From the NCBI GenBank assembly GCA_044375955.1, contig JBILLS010000002.1:86025-150024 (forward strand): a DNA stretch of 64,000 nucleotides, given 5' to 3'. This DNA comes from Candidatus Nanopelagicales bacterium. Lineage in GTDB: Bacteria; Actinomycetota; Actinomycetes; S36-B12. The notes under the pieces are model-generated. The model worked only from the letters and a program-made list of their open reading frames with translations. It had not been told where the DNA came from and did no database searches. Below are positions 8,629-17,695 of this stretch, piece after piece; position 1 is the stretch's first letter, and every line of letters begins with the position of its first letter. The position numbers and the translations under genes are program-made.

Positions 8629-9228
8629 TCACACGGCAGGAAGTACGCGACCCATTCCGGTGTAGGAGCGGCCCCACCAGGATCCTTCGATCGGGCTGAC
8701 GCGAACCTTCTGTCCGCGACGAGGCGCGTCGATCATCTTCCCGTTGCCGATGTAGATCCCGACGTGGTGTGCCCCACCCTCGAAGAAGAACACCAGGTCC
8801 CCCGGTTGGGCGTTCTTGCGCTTGATCTTCTTCACCTGCGTGTACTGCTGACGCGATGATCGAAGCAGTTCCTTCCCAAGTGCCTTCTTGAAGACGAACT
8901 GCACCAGCCCACCGCAGTCGAAGCCATCGGGTCCCGCTTTACCGGCGACGTAGGGGTCACCGATCTGTGCGCGTGCGACCTTGAGGACCGCTGTGCGCGT
9001 TGCCTTCGCATAGGCCGCACGTGCCATTTCCGCACGGAGATTCAGGACGCTCTGCACATTCGCCATCACGACGGACTTGGTCACGGAGGTGGCGACCCTG
9101 GGGTTGATCGCGGCTCGGTCCGCGCTGACGCTCTCGGACTTGGCCATTGCGGGGCCCGCGGAGGTGACGACGACCAGTGCCGCGGCGAGCGCGGAGATGA
9201 GCCTCCGGGCACCCTGGGACGCGGTCAT
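8629..9228 (-). CDS. Secreted NlpC/P60 (C40) peptidoglycan endopeptidase
   Basis: 199-aa ORF with a signal peptide (ALAAALVVVTSAGPAMA) and the catalytic Cys context GPDGFDCGGLVQFVF plus HHVGIYIGNGKMIDAP. GGAGG lies upstream of the ATG. Confidence 0.85.
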   Translation of the reverse strand: MTASQGARRLISALAAALVVVTSAGPAMAKSESVSADRAAINPRVATSVTKSVVMANVQSVLNLRAEMARAAYAKATRTAVLKVARAQIGDPYVAGKAGPDGFDCGGLVQFVFKKALGKELLRSSRQQYTQVKKIKRKNAQPGDLVFFFEGGAHHVGIYIGNGKMIDAPRRGQKVRVSPIEGSWWGRSYTGMGRVLPAV

Positions 9229-9426
9229 TCGGACCTCCGATGTGACTTTTGGGGACCGTGTGACGTTAGGTCAGAGGTCTGACCGCTTGCCCGAGCAAAC
9301 ACCGATATTCGGACGACCACGCCGGGGTCTGTGGCCCAGGTCACTGGGTCATCCCCAATTCTGGCCGGGCAAGCCGGGCGCCCGTGCAGCCTCCTCGTGA
9401 GGGGGCCGCCCATTAAGGTCATCCGC

Positions 9427-10671
9427 GTGACTGCGGGCGCTGAGAGCGGCTACGACACCCCGCGCTCCGTGCTGGCCAAGGGTCTGGTCTTCGTGGGGGC
9501 AGCCACGCTCATCGGGAACGGTGCGGCCTATGCCCTGAGCATGGTCGCGGCCCGGGTGCTCACGCCGGCGGACTTCGGGGCGATGGGCGCCCTGCTCGGG
9601 CTCCTGATCATCCTGGCCACCCTGGGGATCTCGGCCCAAGCCCTCACCGCCCGCCGCGTGGCCTCGGCGGGACCACTCCGTGCCGAGGTCGAAGCGCAGG
9701 CCATCCGACTCTCGGTCCTGATCGGTATCGGGCTGGCGGTGCTCGCCCTGGTCCTCACCTGGCCGGTCAGCGTGATCTTCACCATTCCACCGGTGGCCGT
9801 GGCCACCGGCGTGCTCTCCATCGCCTTCGTGGTGGTCGGGTCCGCCGCCATGGGCATCGCCCAGGGTCGCGAGCAACACCTGAAACTGGCCGGTGCCTTC
9901 ATCGCCAACGGGGTATCACGGGCGGTCGGTGGTGTCATCGGGGTTCTCGTCCTGCAGAGCGTCTCGGGTGTGGGCATCGGCATCATGGTCGGCTGCGCGG
10001 TGGGTGCCGCGATCTCCTACCAACTCGTGGCACCACGCACCTGGGGCAAGCAATTGCGCGACGGCATCGGCGTCGAGTTCGGGCACGTGGCCCACGCCCT
10101 GATCGTCCTGTTCACGCTGACGAACGTCGATGTCCTTCTCGCGCGTGTCTTCCTCACCGAAGCTCAATCGGGTGAGTACTCCGTGGGCGTGCTGCTCGCG
10201 AAGATCGCCTTCTTCCTGCCGAACGCGATCATCATCGTGCTCTTCCCGAAAATGGCGGCCGGGGATTCCCGGCGTGCACTCTTCGTCGCCACGGGTTTGA
10301 CCGCCTTCGTGGGACTCATGATCACATCCGTGAGCTTCTTCCTGGGTGACCTGGTCATCCGCATCCTCGGTGGTGCGCAGTACGTGGAACTCGGATCCGA
10401 GGCGTGGATGTTCGCCCTCGAGGGTTCTGCCTTCGCCCTCGTGCAGGTGCTGCTCTACGCGCGCCTTGCCGCGCAAGATCGCAAGGCAGTTGTCGCGGTG
10501 TGGATTGCGCTGATCGTGCTCGTGGTCATCGTCGCCGGATGGCGCAATAACTCCGTGGCGGAAATCGTCACCACGGTTGTTGCCGTGTCACTTGTCTTGA
10601 CCGTCGTCGGTCTCTTCCTGGATCGACGCAGTGCGCCGCGCACAGTCCTGCCTATCGAGGCTGCCGAATAG
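9427..10671 (+). CDS. Polytopic membrane protein, oligosaccharide/polysaccharide flippase-like (MOP/Wzx superfamily)
   Basis: ORF 9331..10671. It is hydrophobic throughout (12-14 predicted TM helices) with a flippase-like N-terminus (KGLVFVGAATLIGNGAAYALSMVAARVL). Start chosen at GTG 9427 to clear the divergent leader. Confidence 0.55.
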   Translation: MTAGAESGYDTPRSVLAKGLVFVGAATLIGNGAAYALSMVAARVLTPADFGAMGALLGLLIILATLGISAQALTARRVASAGPLRAEVEAQAIRLSVLIGIGLAVLALVLTWPVSVIFTIPPVAVATGVLSIAFVVVGSAAMGIAQGREQHLKLAGAFIANGVSRAVGGVIGVLVLQSVSGVGIGIMVGCAVGAAISYQLVAPRTWGKQLRDGIGVEFGHVAHALIVLFTLTNVDVLLARVFLTEAQSGEYSVGVLLAKIAFFLPNAIIIVLFPKMAAGDSRRALFVATGLTAFVGLMITSVSFFLGDLVIRILGGAQYVELGSEAWMFALEGSAFALVQVLLYARLAAQDRKAVVAVWIALIVLVVIVAGWRNNSVAEIVTTVVAVSLVLTVVGLFLDRRSAPRTVLPIEAAE

Positions 10672-10675
10672 CACC

Positions 10676-11245
10676 TCAGAGGTGCGTGCGTACCCACGCT
10701 CCGAGAATCTCCGCGCATTCGTCCACGGTCTCCCGCCAACTCTTTCCGGCAGAGCCATCCGCCTGATCGCTGACCTGCTTCACAAGCCGTATGGGCATGT
10801 CGAGTACGTGGCAGACACGCGCATACGCATAGCCCTCCATGTCGACGAGATCGGCATGGGCTGCGAGTTCTGCGCGCTGTGCTGCGTCGGCGATGAAGGC
10901 ATCACCGGTGGTCAGGGTCAAGCCCTCGGCTTCGAGGTGGATCGGTTCGCTGAAGTGCAGGCCGGTGAGGGCGAAGAGCGCTGCATCGTCCAGGTCGTGC
11001 TGTGTCACGGTGGTGATGAGGTGCGTTCCTTCGACCCCTGGACGTAAGGCACCTGCGGTGCCGAGGTTGATGACCTCCGAGGGGGATGCCATGGCCAGAG
11101 TCGTGGCGAGCGCGACCGCCGCGTTGACCTTTCCGGCTCCCGTGACCAGCACCGGCAGATCGGAGACATGCAGGTGCGCGGCCTCCTCCTCTAACGCGAC
11201 CACGAGCAATGGTCGATCCGGACTGATCGTGCGGTGCAGGCGCAT
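10676..11245 (-). CDS. Nucleosidase of PNP_UDP_1 family (MTA/SAH nucleosidase-like)
   Basis: 189-aa ORF with VLVTGAGKVNAA, INLGTAGAL and DMEGYAYARV motifs, as in MtnN/futalosine-hydrolase-type enzymes. Confidence 0.7.
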   Translation of the reverse strand: MRLHRTISPDRPLLVVALEEEAAHLHVSDLPVLVTGAGKVNAAVALATTLAMASPSEVINLGTAGALRPGVEGTHLITTVTQHDLDDAALFALTGLHFSEPIHLEAEGLTLTTGDAFIADAAQRAELAAHADLVDMEGYAYARVCHVLDMPIRLVKQVSDQADGSAGKSWRETVDECAEILGAWVRTHL

Positions 11246-11289
11246 GTGCGGACGCTAGTGCCTGCAGGTGCACTACCGTGGGCTCCCCG

Positions 11290-11374
11290 GGCGAGGTGGC
11301 AGAGCGGCCGAATGCAGTCGCCTTGAAAGCGACCGAGGGGCAACCCTCCGGGGGTTCAAATCCCTCCCTCGCCG
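11290..11374 (+). tRNA. tRNA-Ser (anticodon TGA)
   Basis: Hand-folded cloverleaf: acceptor GGCGAGG/CCTCGCC, anticodon arm GTCGC-CTTGAAA-GCGAC, long variable arm, T arm GGGGG-TTCAAAT-CCCTC, discriminator G. No CCA is encoded. Confidence 0.9.
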
Positions 11375-11390
11375 CAGAGTGGAGGTGGCG

Positions 11391-11858
11391 ATGGGCGATC
11401 TGATCCGACTGATCGCCATCGACATCCTCGTCGTGATCGTTATCTCGGCTTCGGTAGGTCTGACCGCTCCGCGCTGGCGGGGCGACTGGCTCACGCGGGA
11501 CTCACTCCTGCTGCGCCCAGCGCCGTGGGAGACACCGTCCTACTTCCGCCGTTTCCCCACCGCCACCTGGGCGCGTGTGCTTCCGGAGATGGGGGCAACC
11601 TTCGGTGGACGGAGTAAGCGCTACATCCCCGACCGAGATTCCCGAGCGATCGCTGAATACCTCGTCGAGTTACGACGAGCGGAGTGGGTGCACTGGACCT
11701 CGGTGTTCAGTTGGGTTCCCCTGGCGTTCTTCAACCCGTGGTGGCTGACCCTGGCTTTCGCGATCATCGTGATCGTCGGGAACGCACCGTTCATGGTGAT
11801 CCTGCGCAGCAATCGAATCCGTCTTTCTCACATACTGACCCGAATCACGGAGGGATGA
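11391..11858 (+). CDS. Membrane protein resembling glycosyl-4,4'-diaponeurosporenoate acyltransferase (CrtO-like)
   Basis: Start at MGDLIRL (ATG 11391, GGAGGTGG upstream), 16 nt after the tRNA. RRAEWVHW and NAPFMVILRSNRIRLSHIL resemble S. aureus CrtO KRAELIHW and NVPIIIVQRYNRPRLTQLL (from memory). Confidence 0.55.
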   Translation: MGDLIRLIAIDILVVIVISASVGLTAPRWRGDWLTRDSLLLRPAPWETPSYFRRFPTATWARVLPEMGATFGGRSKRYIPDRDSRAIAEYLVELRRAEWVHWTSVFSWVPLAFFNPWWLTLAFAIIVIVGNAPFMVILRSNRIRLSHILTRITEG

Positions 11859-11859
11859 C

Positions 11860-12708
11860 ATGACCGACTTCGGCGTGAACTCGATGGTCGGTGACCTGGC
11901 CTGGGTCGCCGTGCGCCCACCGTCGCCGCGGGGGGACTACTCCGTGGCCCACTGGGCGACCCCCATCGACTTCGACCGACTCGCTGCCCAGCACAGCACC
12001 TTCACCGAGCTGCTGACCCGCCTGGGGTGCGAGGTGCTCGTCCTCGATCCGGTCGATGACATGCCCGATGCGATCTTCACCTACGACCCCGTCTTCGTGG
12101 TGCCCACGGGTGTCATCGAGTTACGCGGAGCCAAGCAGGTGCGCGCCGGTGAGCCACCTCTGCTCGCGATGGAGCTGCAACGTGCTGGAATCCCGCTCGT
12201 CGGTGCACTGCGAGCACCTGCCACGGCCGATGGCGGTGACATGTTCTGGCTCGACCGCTCCACTCTGGCCATCGGACGTAGCTATCGCACCAATCAGGCG
12301 GCCGTCGATCAGATCGCGGCCATGCTCGCGCCCATCGGGATCACGGTGGAGACGTTCGACCTCCCGCACGATCAGGGCCCTGAGTTCTGCCTCCACCTGA
12401 TGAGTGTGGTGTCACCGGTGCGCGAGGACCTGGCCGTGGTCTACGAGCGCCTCGCGCCCGTCCCGTTACTGCAGGCCCTGCGCGCCCGGGGAATCGAGAC
12501 CGTGTCGGTTCCCGAGGAGGACTACGTATCGCTGGGCTGCAACATCCTGTGCATCCGACCAGGCGAGGTGATCATCGCCGAAGGGAACGACGCGACCGTC
12601 ACCCGCCTTCGCAATCACGGGGTGACCGTGCACACCTACGCTGCGAGTGAGATCAACAAGGGTGAGGGCGGGCCCACATGTCTTACCCGTCCTCTTCACC
12701 GACGCTAA
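11860..12708 (+). CDS. Dimethylarginine dimethylaminohydrolase / amidinotransferase-fold enzyme
   Basis: 282-aa ORF of the guanidino-modifying fold, with a C-terminal catalytic Cys context (GEGGPTCLTRPL) and a DGGD motif (ATADGGDMFWL). Confidence 0.7.
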   Translation: MTDFGVNSMVGDLAWVAVRPPSPRGDYSVAHWATPIDFDRLAAQHSTFTELLTRLGCEVLVLDPVDDMPDAIFTYDPVFVVPTGVIELRGAKQVRAGEPPLLAMELQRAGIPLVGALRAPATADGGDMFWLDRSTLAIGRSYRTNQAAVDQIAAMLAPIGITVETFDLPHDQGPEFCLHLMSVVSPVREDLAVVYERLAPVPLLQALRARGIETVSVPEEDYVSLGCNILCIRPGEVIIAEGNDATVTRLRNHGVTVHTYAASEINKGEGGPTCLTRPLHRR

Positions 12709-12825
12709 ATCGTCGATGCGTCGTGCCCATTCCCGACGCTAAATCGTGGACGCGTCGTGCCCATTCGCGACGCTAAATCGTTGATGCGTCGTGCCCATTC
12801 GCGACGCTAAATCGTTGATGCGTCG
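12701..12825. repeat. Tandem array, 3.7 copies of a 34-bp unit (GACGCTAAATCGTYGATGCGTCGTGCCCATTCSC)
   Basis: Units lie at 12701-12734, 12735-12768, 12769-12802 and a partial copy at 12803-12825. The first unit holds the TAA of the + gene and the last holds the TAG of the convergent - gene. Each unit has the inverted repeat CGACGC..GCGTCG. Confidence 0.9.
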
Positions 12826-13844
12826 ATCACGAACCGGTAACGCACGTCGCTATTCACGACGCGCTCCCACGCCTCGTTGATCTGATCGGCACGGATCACC
12901 TCGACGTCCGACCCGTAGCCGTTGTCCGCACAGAAGTCGAGCATCTCCTGGGTCTGGCCCATGCCCCCGATATTCGAACCGGCCAGACGGAGGCGTTGCA
13001 TCACCAGGGTGAAAGTGCTGACCGAGAGCGGCTTGTCCGGCAGCCCGACACAGACGAGTGTGCCATCGGTGGCGAGCAGGCTCATCAGGTTGTCGATGTC
13101 GATCGATGCAGACACCGTGTTCACGATCAGGTCGAAGGTTCCGCGTGCGGCCTTCATCGCGTCCTTGTCCGTCATCAGCAGGAAGTGGTCGGCACCCAGA
13201 CGGAGCGCGTCATCGCGCTTCCCCGGTGAGTGACTGATGAGCGTGACCTCGGCACCCATGGCATGAGCGTGCTTCACGCCCATATGACCCAGCCCACCAA
13301 GCCCGACGATCGCGACCTTCTTCCCGGGTCCGGCACCCCATTCGCGTAGCGGCGAATAGGTGGTGATGCCTGCGCAGAGAAGCGGTGCGGCCTCCTCGAG
13401 GCTCAGGCCGTCGGGGATGCGCAGGACGTAGCCCTGGTTCACGACGATCTGCTTGGAATAGCCGCCGTAGGCGGGGGTTCCGTCATAGTGGCGCCCGTTG
13501 TAGGTGGGGACGAAGCCCTTGATGCAGTAGTTGCCGAGGTCCTTGCGGCAATTCGCGCACTCGCCGCAGGAGTCGACGAATACGCCGACGCCCACGCGGT
13601 CACCGACGGAGAACCGCGTCACGTTCGATCCCACCGCGGACACCGTTCCGGCGATTTCGTGTCCGGGAACCATCGGGAAAATGGAGGTGAACCACTCCTC
13701 TCGGGCCTGGTGGATGTCCGAGTGGCATATCCCGGAGAAGGCGATGTCGATGAGGACGTCGTCGGGTCCCACCTCGGAACGCTCGATCACGGTCGGCGCG
13801 AGGGGCGCTCCGGCGGACTCGGCGGCGTAGGCGGCAACCTTCAT
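12807..13844 (-). CDS. Zinc-dependent NAD(P)-alcohol dehydrogenase (cinnamyl-ADH / AdhC-YahK type)
   Basis: 345-aa ORF with GICHSDIH, the structural zinc site CGECANCRKDLGNYC and the Rossmann motif VGLGGLGHMGV. Confidence 0.85.
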   Translation of the reverse strand: MKVAAYAAESAGAPLAPTVIERSEVGPDDVLIDIAFSGICHSDIHQAREEWFTSIFPMVPGHEIAGTVSAVGSNVTRFSVGDRVGVGVFVDSCGECANCRKDLGNYCIKGFVPTYNGRHYDGTPAYGGYSKQIVVNQGYVLRIPDGLSLEEAAPLLCAGITTYSPLREWGAGPGKKVAIVGLGGLGHMGVKHAHAMGAEVTLISHSPGKRDDALRLGADHFLLMTDKDAMKAARGTFDLIVNTVSASIDIDNLMSLLATDGTLVCVGLPDKPLSVSTFTLVMQRLRLAGSNIGGMGQTQEMLDFCADNGYGSDVEVIRADQINEAWERVVNSDVRYRFVIDASTI

Positions 13845-13875
13845 GGACTCTCCTGCTGGGGTGGGGGAAGACAGA

Positions 13876-14730
13876 TTATGGCGCGAGACCGAAGATGGCG
13901 CTCAGCTCGCGATGCATGACGCCCTTATCGAGGTCGACGCCGGTCCACAATCGCCCGTTGATGGCAGCCTGGTTCACGAGCATCCCCAGCCCGGTGAGAA
14001 TGGTGCATCCGCGTGCCTGGGCGGCGTGCAGCCAGAGGGTCATCGGGGGGTTGGCCATCACATCCGCGACGACCATCCGCGCCTGCAGTGAGTCGGTATC
14101 GACGTCGAGAGTCTCCGTGGATCCGGCTCCGAATCCGATCGAGGTCGCGTTGATCACGACATCGGCATCCGCGGGCACCTCGAACCGAGGAGTCCACGGC
14201 CGGTAATCGCAGGCGGCGGGCGTTCGAGAGTCGACGAGGTCGGCGAGTTCGCGGCCACGCTCGGGGGAGCGGTTGACGATCGTGATCGCCCGGGCACCGG
14301 CGAGCGCGCACTCGACGGCGATGGCGCGCGCTGCACCACCCGCCCCGAAGACCACGATCGATGTGTCCTGCGGGTCCTTCACCTCGCGGAGGGACGCGAG
14401 GAATCCCTGGCCGTCGGTGTTCTCACCGATCAGCCGTCCACCGTCGTTCACCACGGTGTTGACCGCTCCGATGATCGCTGCGGATTCTGCGAGGCCGTCG
14501 ATGAGATCGATCACGGCGACCTTGTGAGGAAGTGAGCAGTTGAAACCACGCCAACCCATGGCCACCGCGCCGCGCACGGCATCCGCGAGGCCATTGGGCT
14601 TCACATCGCAGTTGATGTATCGGAAGTCCAGGTTCCCGGCGGTGTAGGCCGCCTCCATGATCTGCACGGTCGGGTTGTCCGCGGCGGGTGTGCTGAACGA
14701 GCCGGTGAGCTGGGGTAGGAATGACGTCAC
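13876..14730 (-). CDS. Shikimate/quinate dehydrogenase family protein
   Basis: ORF 13876..14841 with SLPHK, GENTDGQGF and VFGAGGAARA motifs. Start chosen at GTG 14730 (VTSFLPQL), after GAGGAC. Confidence 0.8.
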   Translation of the reverse strand: MTSFLPQLTGSFSTPAADNPTVQIMEAAYTAGNLDFRYINCDVKPNGLADAVRGAVAMGWRGFNCSLPHKVAVIDLIDGLAESAAIIGAVNTVVNDGGRLIGENTDGQGFLASLREVKDPQDTSIVVFGAGGAARAIAVECALAGARAITIVNRSPERGRELADLVDSRTPAACDYRPWTPRFEVPADADVVINATSIGFGAGSTETLDVDTDSLQARMVVADVMANPPMTLWLHAAQARGCTILTGLGMLVNQAAINGRLWTGVDLDKGVMHRELSAIFGLAP

Positions 14731-14786
14731 GGGGACATTGTCCTCGTGACCGCCCAACGGCGCACGGTCCTTGGCAGGATGAGCGC

Positions 14787-15794
14787 GTGGACCTGCGCGT
14801 CGGTGTGATCGGAACGGGCAACATCGGGACCTCGCATGCACTGTCCCTCCACGGGGAAGTCAGTGGCGCAACCGTGGTGGGTGTCTACGACGTCGACGCG
14901 GACCGTGCCGATGCGGTGGCCCAAGAGGTTCAGGCCGACGTCTATCCGAGCGCGGAGGATCTGATCCGCGCCGCCGAGGTCGATGCCGTCGTGATCGCCA
15001 GCCCCGATGACCTCCACGCCGAGCAGGCTCTGACCTGTCTCGCGGCGGGCAAGCCGATGCTGCTGGAGAAGCCGCTGGCACCGACGGTGTCGGATGCACG
15101 TCGTGTGCTGGATGCCGAGGTCAGCCTGGGGCGTCGGTTGATCACCCTCGGGTTCATGCGCCGATTCGATCCGGGGTATGTCCAACTCAAGGAGCAGATC
15201 ACCACGGGCGAGGTGGGTGAGGTGCTCATCGTGCACAACGTGCACCGCAACGCCTCGGCCCCCTATGGTCTGCTCAGCGATCGAACGATGTACAACATGG
15301 TGATCCACGAGTTCGACATCAGTCGCTGGCTCATCGACGAGGAGTTCGTCGCAGTCCAGGTGATCAAGGGTCGCCCCGGCCCTCAGACACCCCCCGGGCA
15401 ATTCGACCCGATGATCGTGATGCTGACGTCGGCCAACGGGACCCTCGTGGATATCGAGGCATTCGTCAATGCGCACTACGGCTATGAGGTCACCTGCCAG
15501 GCGGTGGGTTCCCTCGGAGTCCTGGACATGTCGGATGGATCGTTCATCACACGCACCGCGCGCAATATGCGCGGACAGGCGATCCCGGACCTGTGGCTCG
15601 GCCGTTTCGCCGAGGCCTACCGCGCCGAGTTACAGGCCTGGGTCAATGCCACCCGCGGTGTCTCCGGACCGGTGGGTGGGAGCGCGTGGGACGGGTTCGC
15701 GGCGACCGCCATGGCGGAGGCTGCAGCGAACTCCATCACGTCGGGAACGCGGGAGAGCATCGATCTCCCGGCGCGCCCCGCCCTGTATTCCTGA
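14787..15794 (+). CDS. Gfo/Idh/MocA-family oxidoreductase, inositol 2-dehydrogenase-like
   Basis: ORF 14721..15794. Start chosen at GTG 14787 (VDLRVGVIGTGNIGTSHA). EKP motif (MLLEKPLA). RRFDPGY is typical of IolG-like enzymes. Confidence 0.7.
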   Translation: MDLRVGVIGTGNIGTSHALSLHGEVSGATVVGVYDVDADRADAVAQEVQADVYPSAEDLIRAAEVDAVVIASPDDLHAEQALTCLAAGKPMLLEKPLAPTVSDARRVLDAEVSLGRRLITLGFMRRFDPGYVQLKEQITTGEVGEVLIVHNVHRNASAPYGLLSDRTMYNMVIHEFDISRWLIDEEFVAVQVIKGRPGPQTPPGQFDPMIVMLTSANGTLVDIEAFVNAHYGYEVTCQAVGSLGVLDMSDGSFITRTARNMRGQAIPDLWLGRFAEAYRAELQAWVNATRGVSGPVGGSAWDGFAATAMAEAAANSITSGTRESIDLPARPALYS

Positions 15795-15799
15795 ATTAT

Positions 15800-16597
15800 T
15801 CAGGCGGTCACGGGGGTGAGCGCCTGCTCACTCTCGGGCACGTTCATCGCACCGGTCATGATCGCCACGACGTCGTTCATCGAGTGGCTGCGAGGCGTCA
15901 CCACAGCGGCCCGCTTACCGAGTCGCTGCACATGGATGCGGTCGGCCACCTCGAAGACCTGCGGCATGTTGTGCGAGATCAAGATGACGGGGATTCCGCG
16001 GGTGCGCAGGTCCTTGATGAGTTGGAGCACGCGCGCAGACTCATTCACGCCGAGTGCTGCTGTGGGTTCGTCGAGGATGATCACCTTCGATCCGAACACG
16101 GCTGCGCGCGCGACGGCGACCGCCTGGCGCTGACCACCCGAGAGTGTCTCCACGGCCTGCGTGATGTTCTGCACGGTGCCGATGCCGAGGTTGCGCAGAT
16201 GCTCGCCCGCTTCTTTCCGCATGCGCTTCTTGTCCAAGGTGCGGAACACCTTGCCGACGAATCCGCTCTTACGCTGCTCGCGGCCGAGGTAGAGGTTCTC
16301 GGAGATATCGAGCGCGGGTGCCACGGCGAGGGTCTGGAACACGGTCTCGATCCCTGCGGCCCGAGCATCCTGGGTGGAGCGAAAGGCGACCGACTGCCCC
16401 ATGACCAGCATCTCGCCCGTATCCGGGGAGTGCGCTCCCGAGAAGCACTTGATGAGAGTGGATTTGCCCGCACCATTGTCGCCAACGACCGCGAGCACTT
16501 CACCGGGGTAGAGCTCGATGTTTGCCCCATCGAGGCCGACCACGCGTCCGAACGTCTTGACCAGGTTGGTGCCCTGGAGGACTGGTTGGACCGTCAT
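15800..16597 (-). CDS. Sugar ABC transporter ATP-binding protein (single NBD)
   Basis: Start at MTVQPVLQG (ATG 16597, ATGA overlap with the permease stop). Walker A GDNGAGKST, signature LSGGQRQ, Walker B VIILDEPT. Confidence 0.9.
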   Translation of the reverse strand: MTVQPVLQGTNLVKTFGRVVGLDGANIELYPGEVLAVVGDNGAGKSTLIKCFSGAHSPDTGEMLVMGQSVAFRSTQDARAAGIETVFQTLAVAPALDISENLYLGREQRKSGFVGKVFRTLDKKRMRKEAGEHLRNLGIGTVQNITQAVETLSGGQRQAVAVARAAVFGSKVIILDEPTAALGVNESARVLQLIKDLRTRGIPVILISHNMPQVFEVADRIHVQRLGKRAAVVTPRSHSMNDVVAIMTGAMNVPESEQALTPVTA

Positions 16598-17643
16598 GTC
16601 TTCACCTTCCTGATCCACTGGTCGATGGCCACCGCGGCAATGACGAGGATGCCGACGGCGAGAACTCGATAGGCCTGGTCGAGCCCGGCAAGGGCCAACC
16701 CGTTCTCGACCACGACGATGATGAATGTTCCGATAAGTGTCCCGATCATCGTGCCGCGTCCGCCGAATAGCGAGACGCCGCCGATCACCACGGCGGTGAT
16801 GGTGTCGAGGTTGATCAGTGGGTCCGCGTTGGGGGATGCCGAACCCACACGGCCGATATAGACCCACGAAGCGATGCCCATGATGAGGCCGGCCACGACG
16901 TAGACGCTGAAGATCACGCGCTTGACGCGGATACCAGAGAGTTCCGCTGCCACCGGATCGTCACCGACCGCGTACACATGCCGCCCCCACGCCGTATTGC
17001 GCAGGATGTAGGCGAAGACGGCGAACAGGATCAGCATCAGGACCACGCCGTACATCAGCTGGAAGTCGCCGATCTTGACAGTGGTGCCGAGCCACTTGAG
17101 CAGCTCGGGGATCTCCGGACCCTGGATGGTGCGCGCCTTGAACAGAATCAACGTCAATGCGGTGAACACGCTCAGCGTGCCGAGAGTGACGATGAACGGC
17201 GGGAGGTTGAAGCGCACGATGAGGAAACCGTTGACCGCACCGGCCAGGGTTGCGGCAAGGATGCCGAGCACGATCGACAGAGCCGGGTTCTGACCCGCGA
17301 TGGGCAGGACATTGGAAGCGGTCACCGAGACCGCGAGGTTGGCCATGAGCATCTGGCCGAACACCATGATCGCGCCGATGCTCAGGTCGATACCGGCGGT
17401 CAGGATGATGAGGGTCTGCGCGATCGCGAGGGTTCCGATGACCACGGACTGCTGGGTGAGGAAGGAGAGGTTTCCCGGGAGGAGGAACCTCTCGTTGAGA
17501 AGAGTGAAGACCACCATCGCGACCACGAGGACGATGAGCGGGCTGAGGTACGGATAGCGGTGCAGGGTGCTCTGCACGCGCTGGATCGGGGTTCGCCGCT
17601 CCATGAATTCCTCAGCGAGGTCCACCGTGGGGGCCTGGGACAC
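16594..17643 (-). CDS. Sugar ABC transporter permease (ribose/xylose BPD_transp_2 type)
   Basis: ORF 16594..17676, polytopic. Start chosen at GTG 17643 because AAGGAGG lies 7 nt upstream. Confidence 0.8.
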   Translation of the reverse strand: MSQAPTVDLAEEFMERRTPIQRVQSTLHRYPYLSPLIVLVVAMVVFTLLNERFLLPGNLSFLTQQSVVIGTLAIAQTLIILTAGIDLSIGAIMVFGQMLMANLAVSVTASNVLPIAGQNPALSIVLGILAATLAGAVNGFLIVRFNLPPFIVTLGTLSVFTALTLILFKARTIQGPEIPELLKWLGTTVKIGDFQLMYGVVLMLILFAVFAYILRNTAWGRHVYAVGDDPVAAELSGIRVKRVIFSVYVVAGLIMGIASWVYIGRVGSASPNADPLINLDTITAVVIGGVSLFGGRGTMIGTLIGTFIIVVVENGLALAGLDQAYRVLAVGILVIAAVAIDQWIRKVKT

Positions 17644-17695
17644 CGGATGCCTCCTTGTTTCAAAGGTCTCAAGCACGATATCGGAGAGATATGTG

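Noticed and set aside
14733-14743. Palindrome GGACAtTGTCC in the 56-bp aroE-like/iolG-like divergent region, considered as a third LacI operator
   Set aside because: It shares only GACA/TGTC with the ACAACGTT-core operators and has different half-site spacing. An 11-bp palindrome in GC-rich DNA is not strong evidence on its own.
15593-16672. 359-aa plus-strand ORF
   Set aside because: It lies antisense to the ABC ATP-binding gene (Walker A/B and signature motifs on the other strand).
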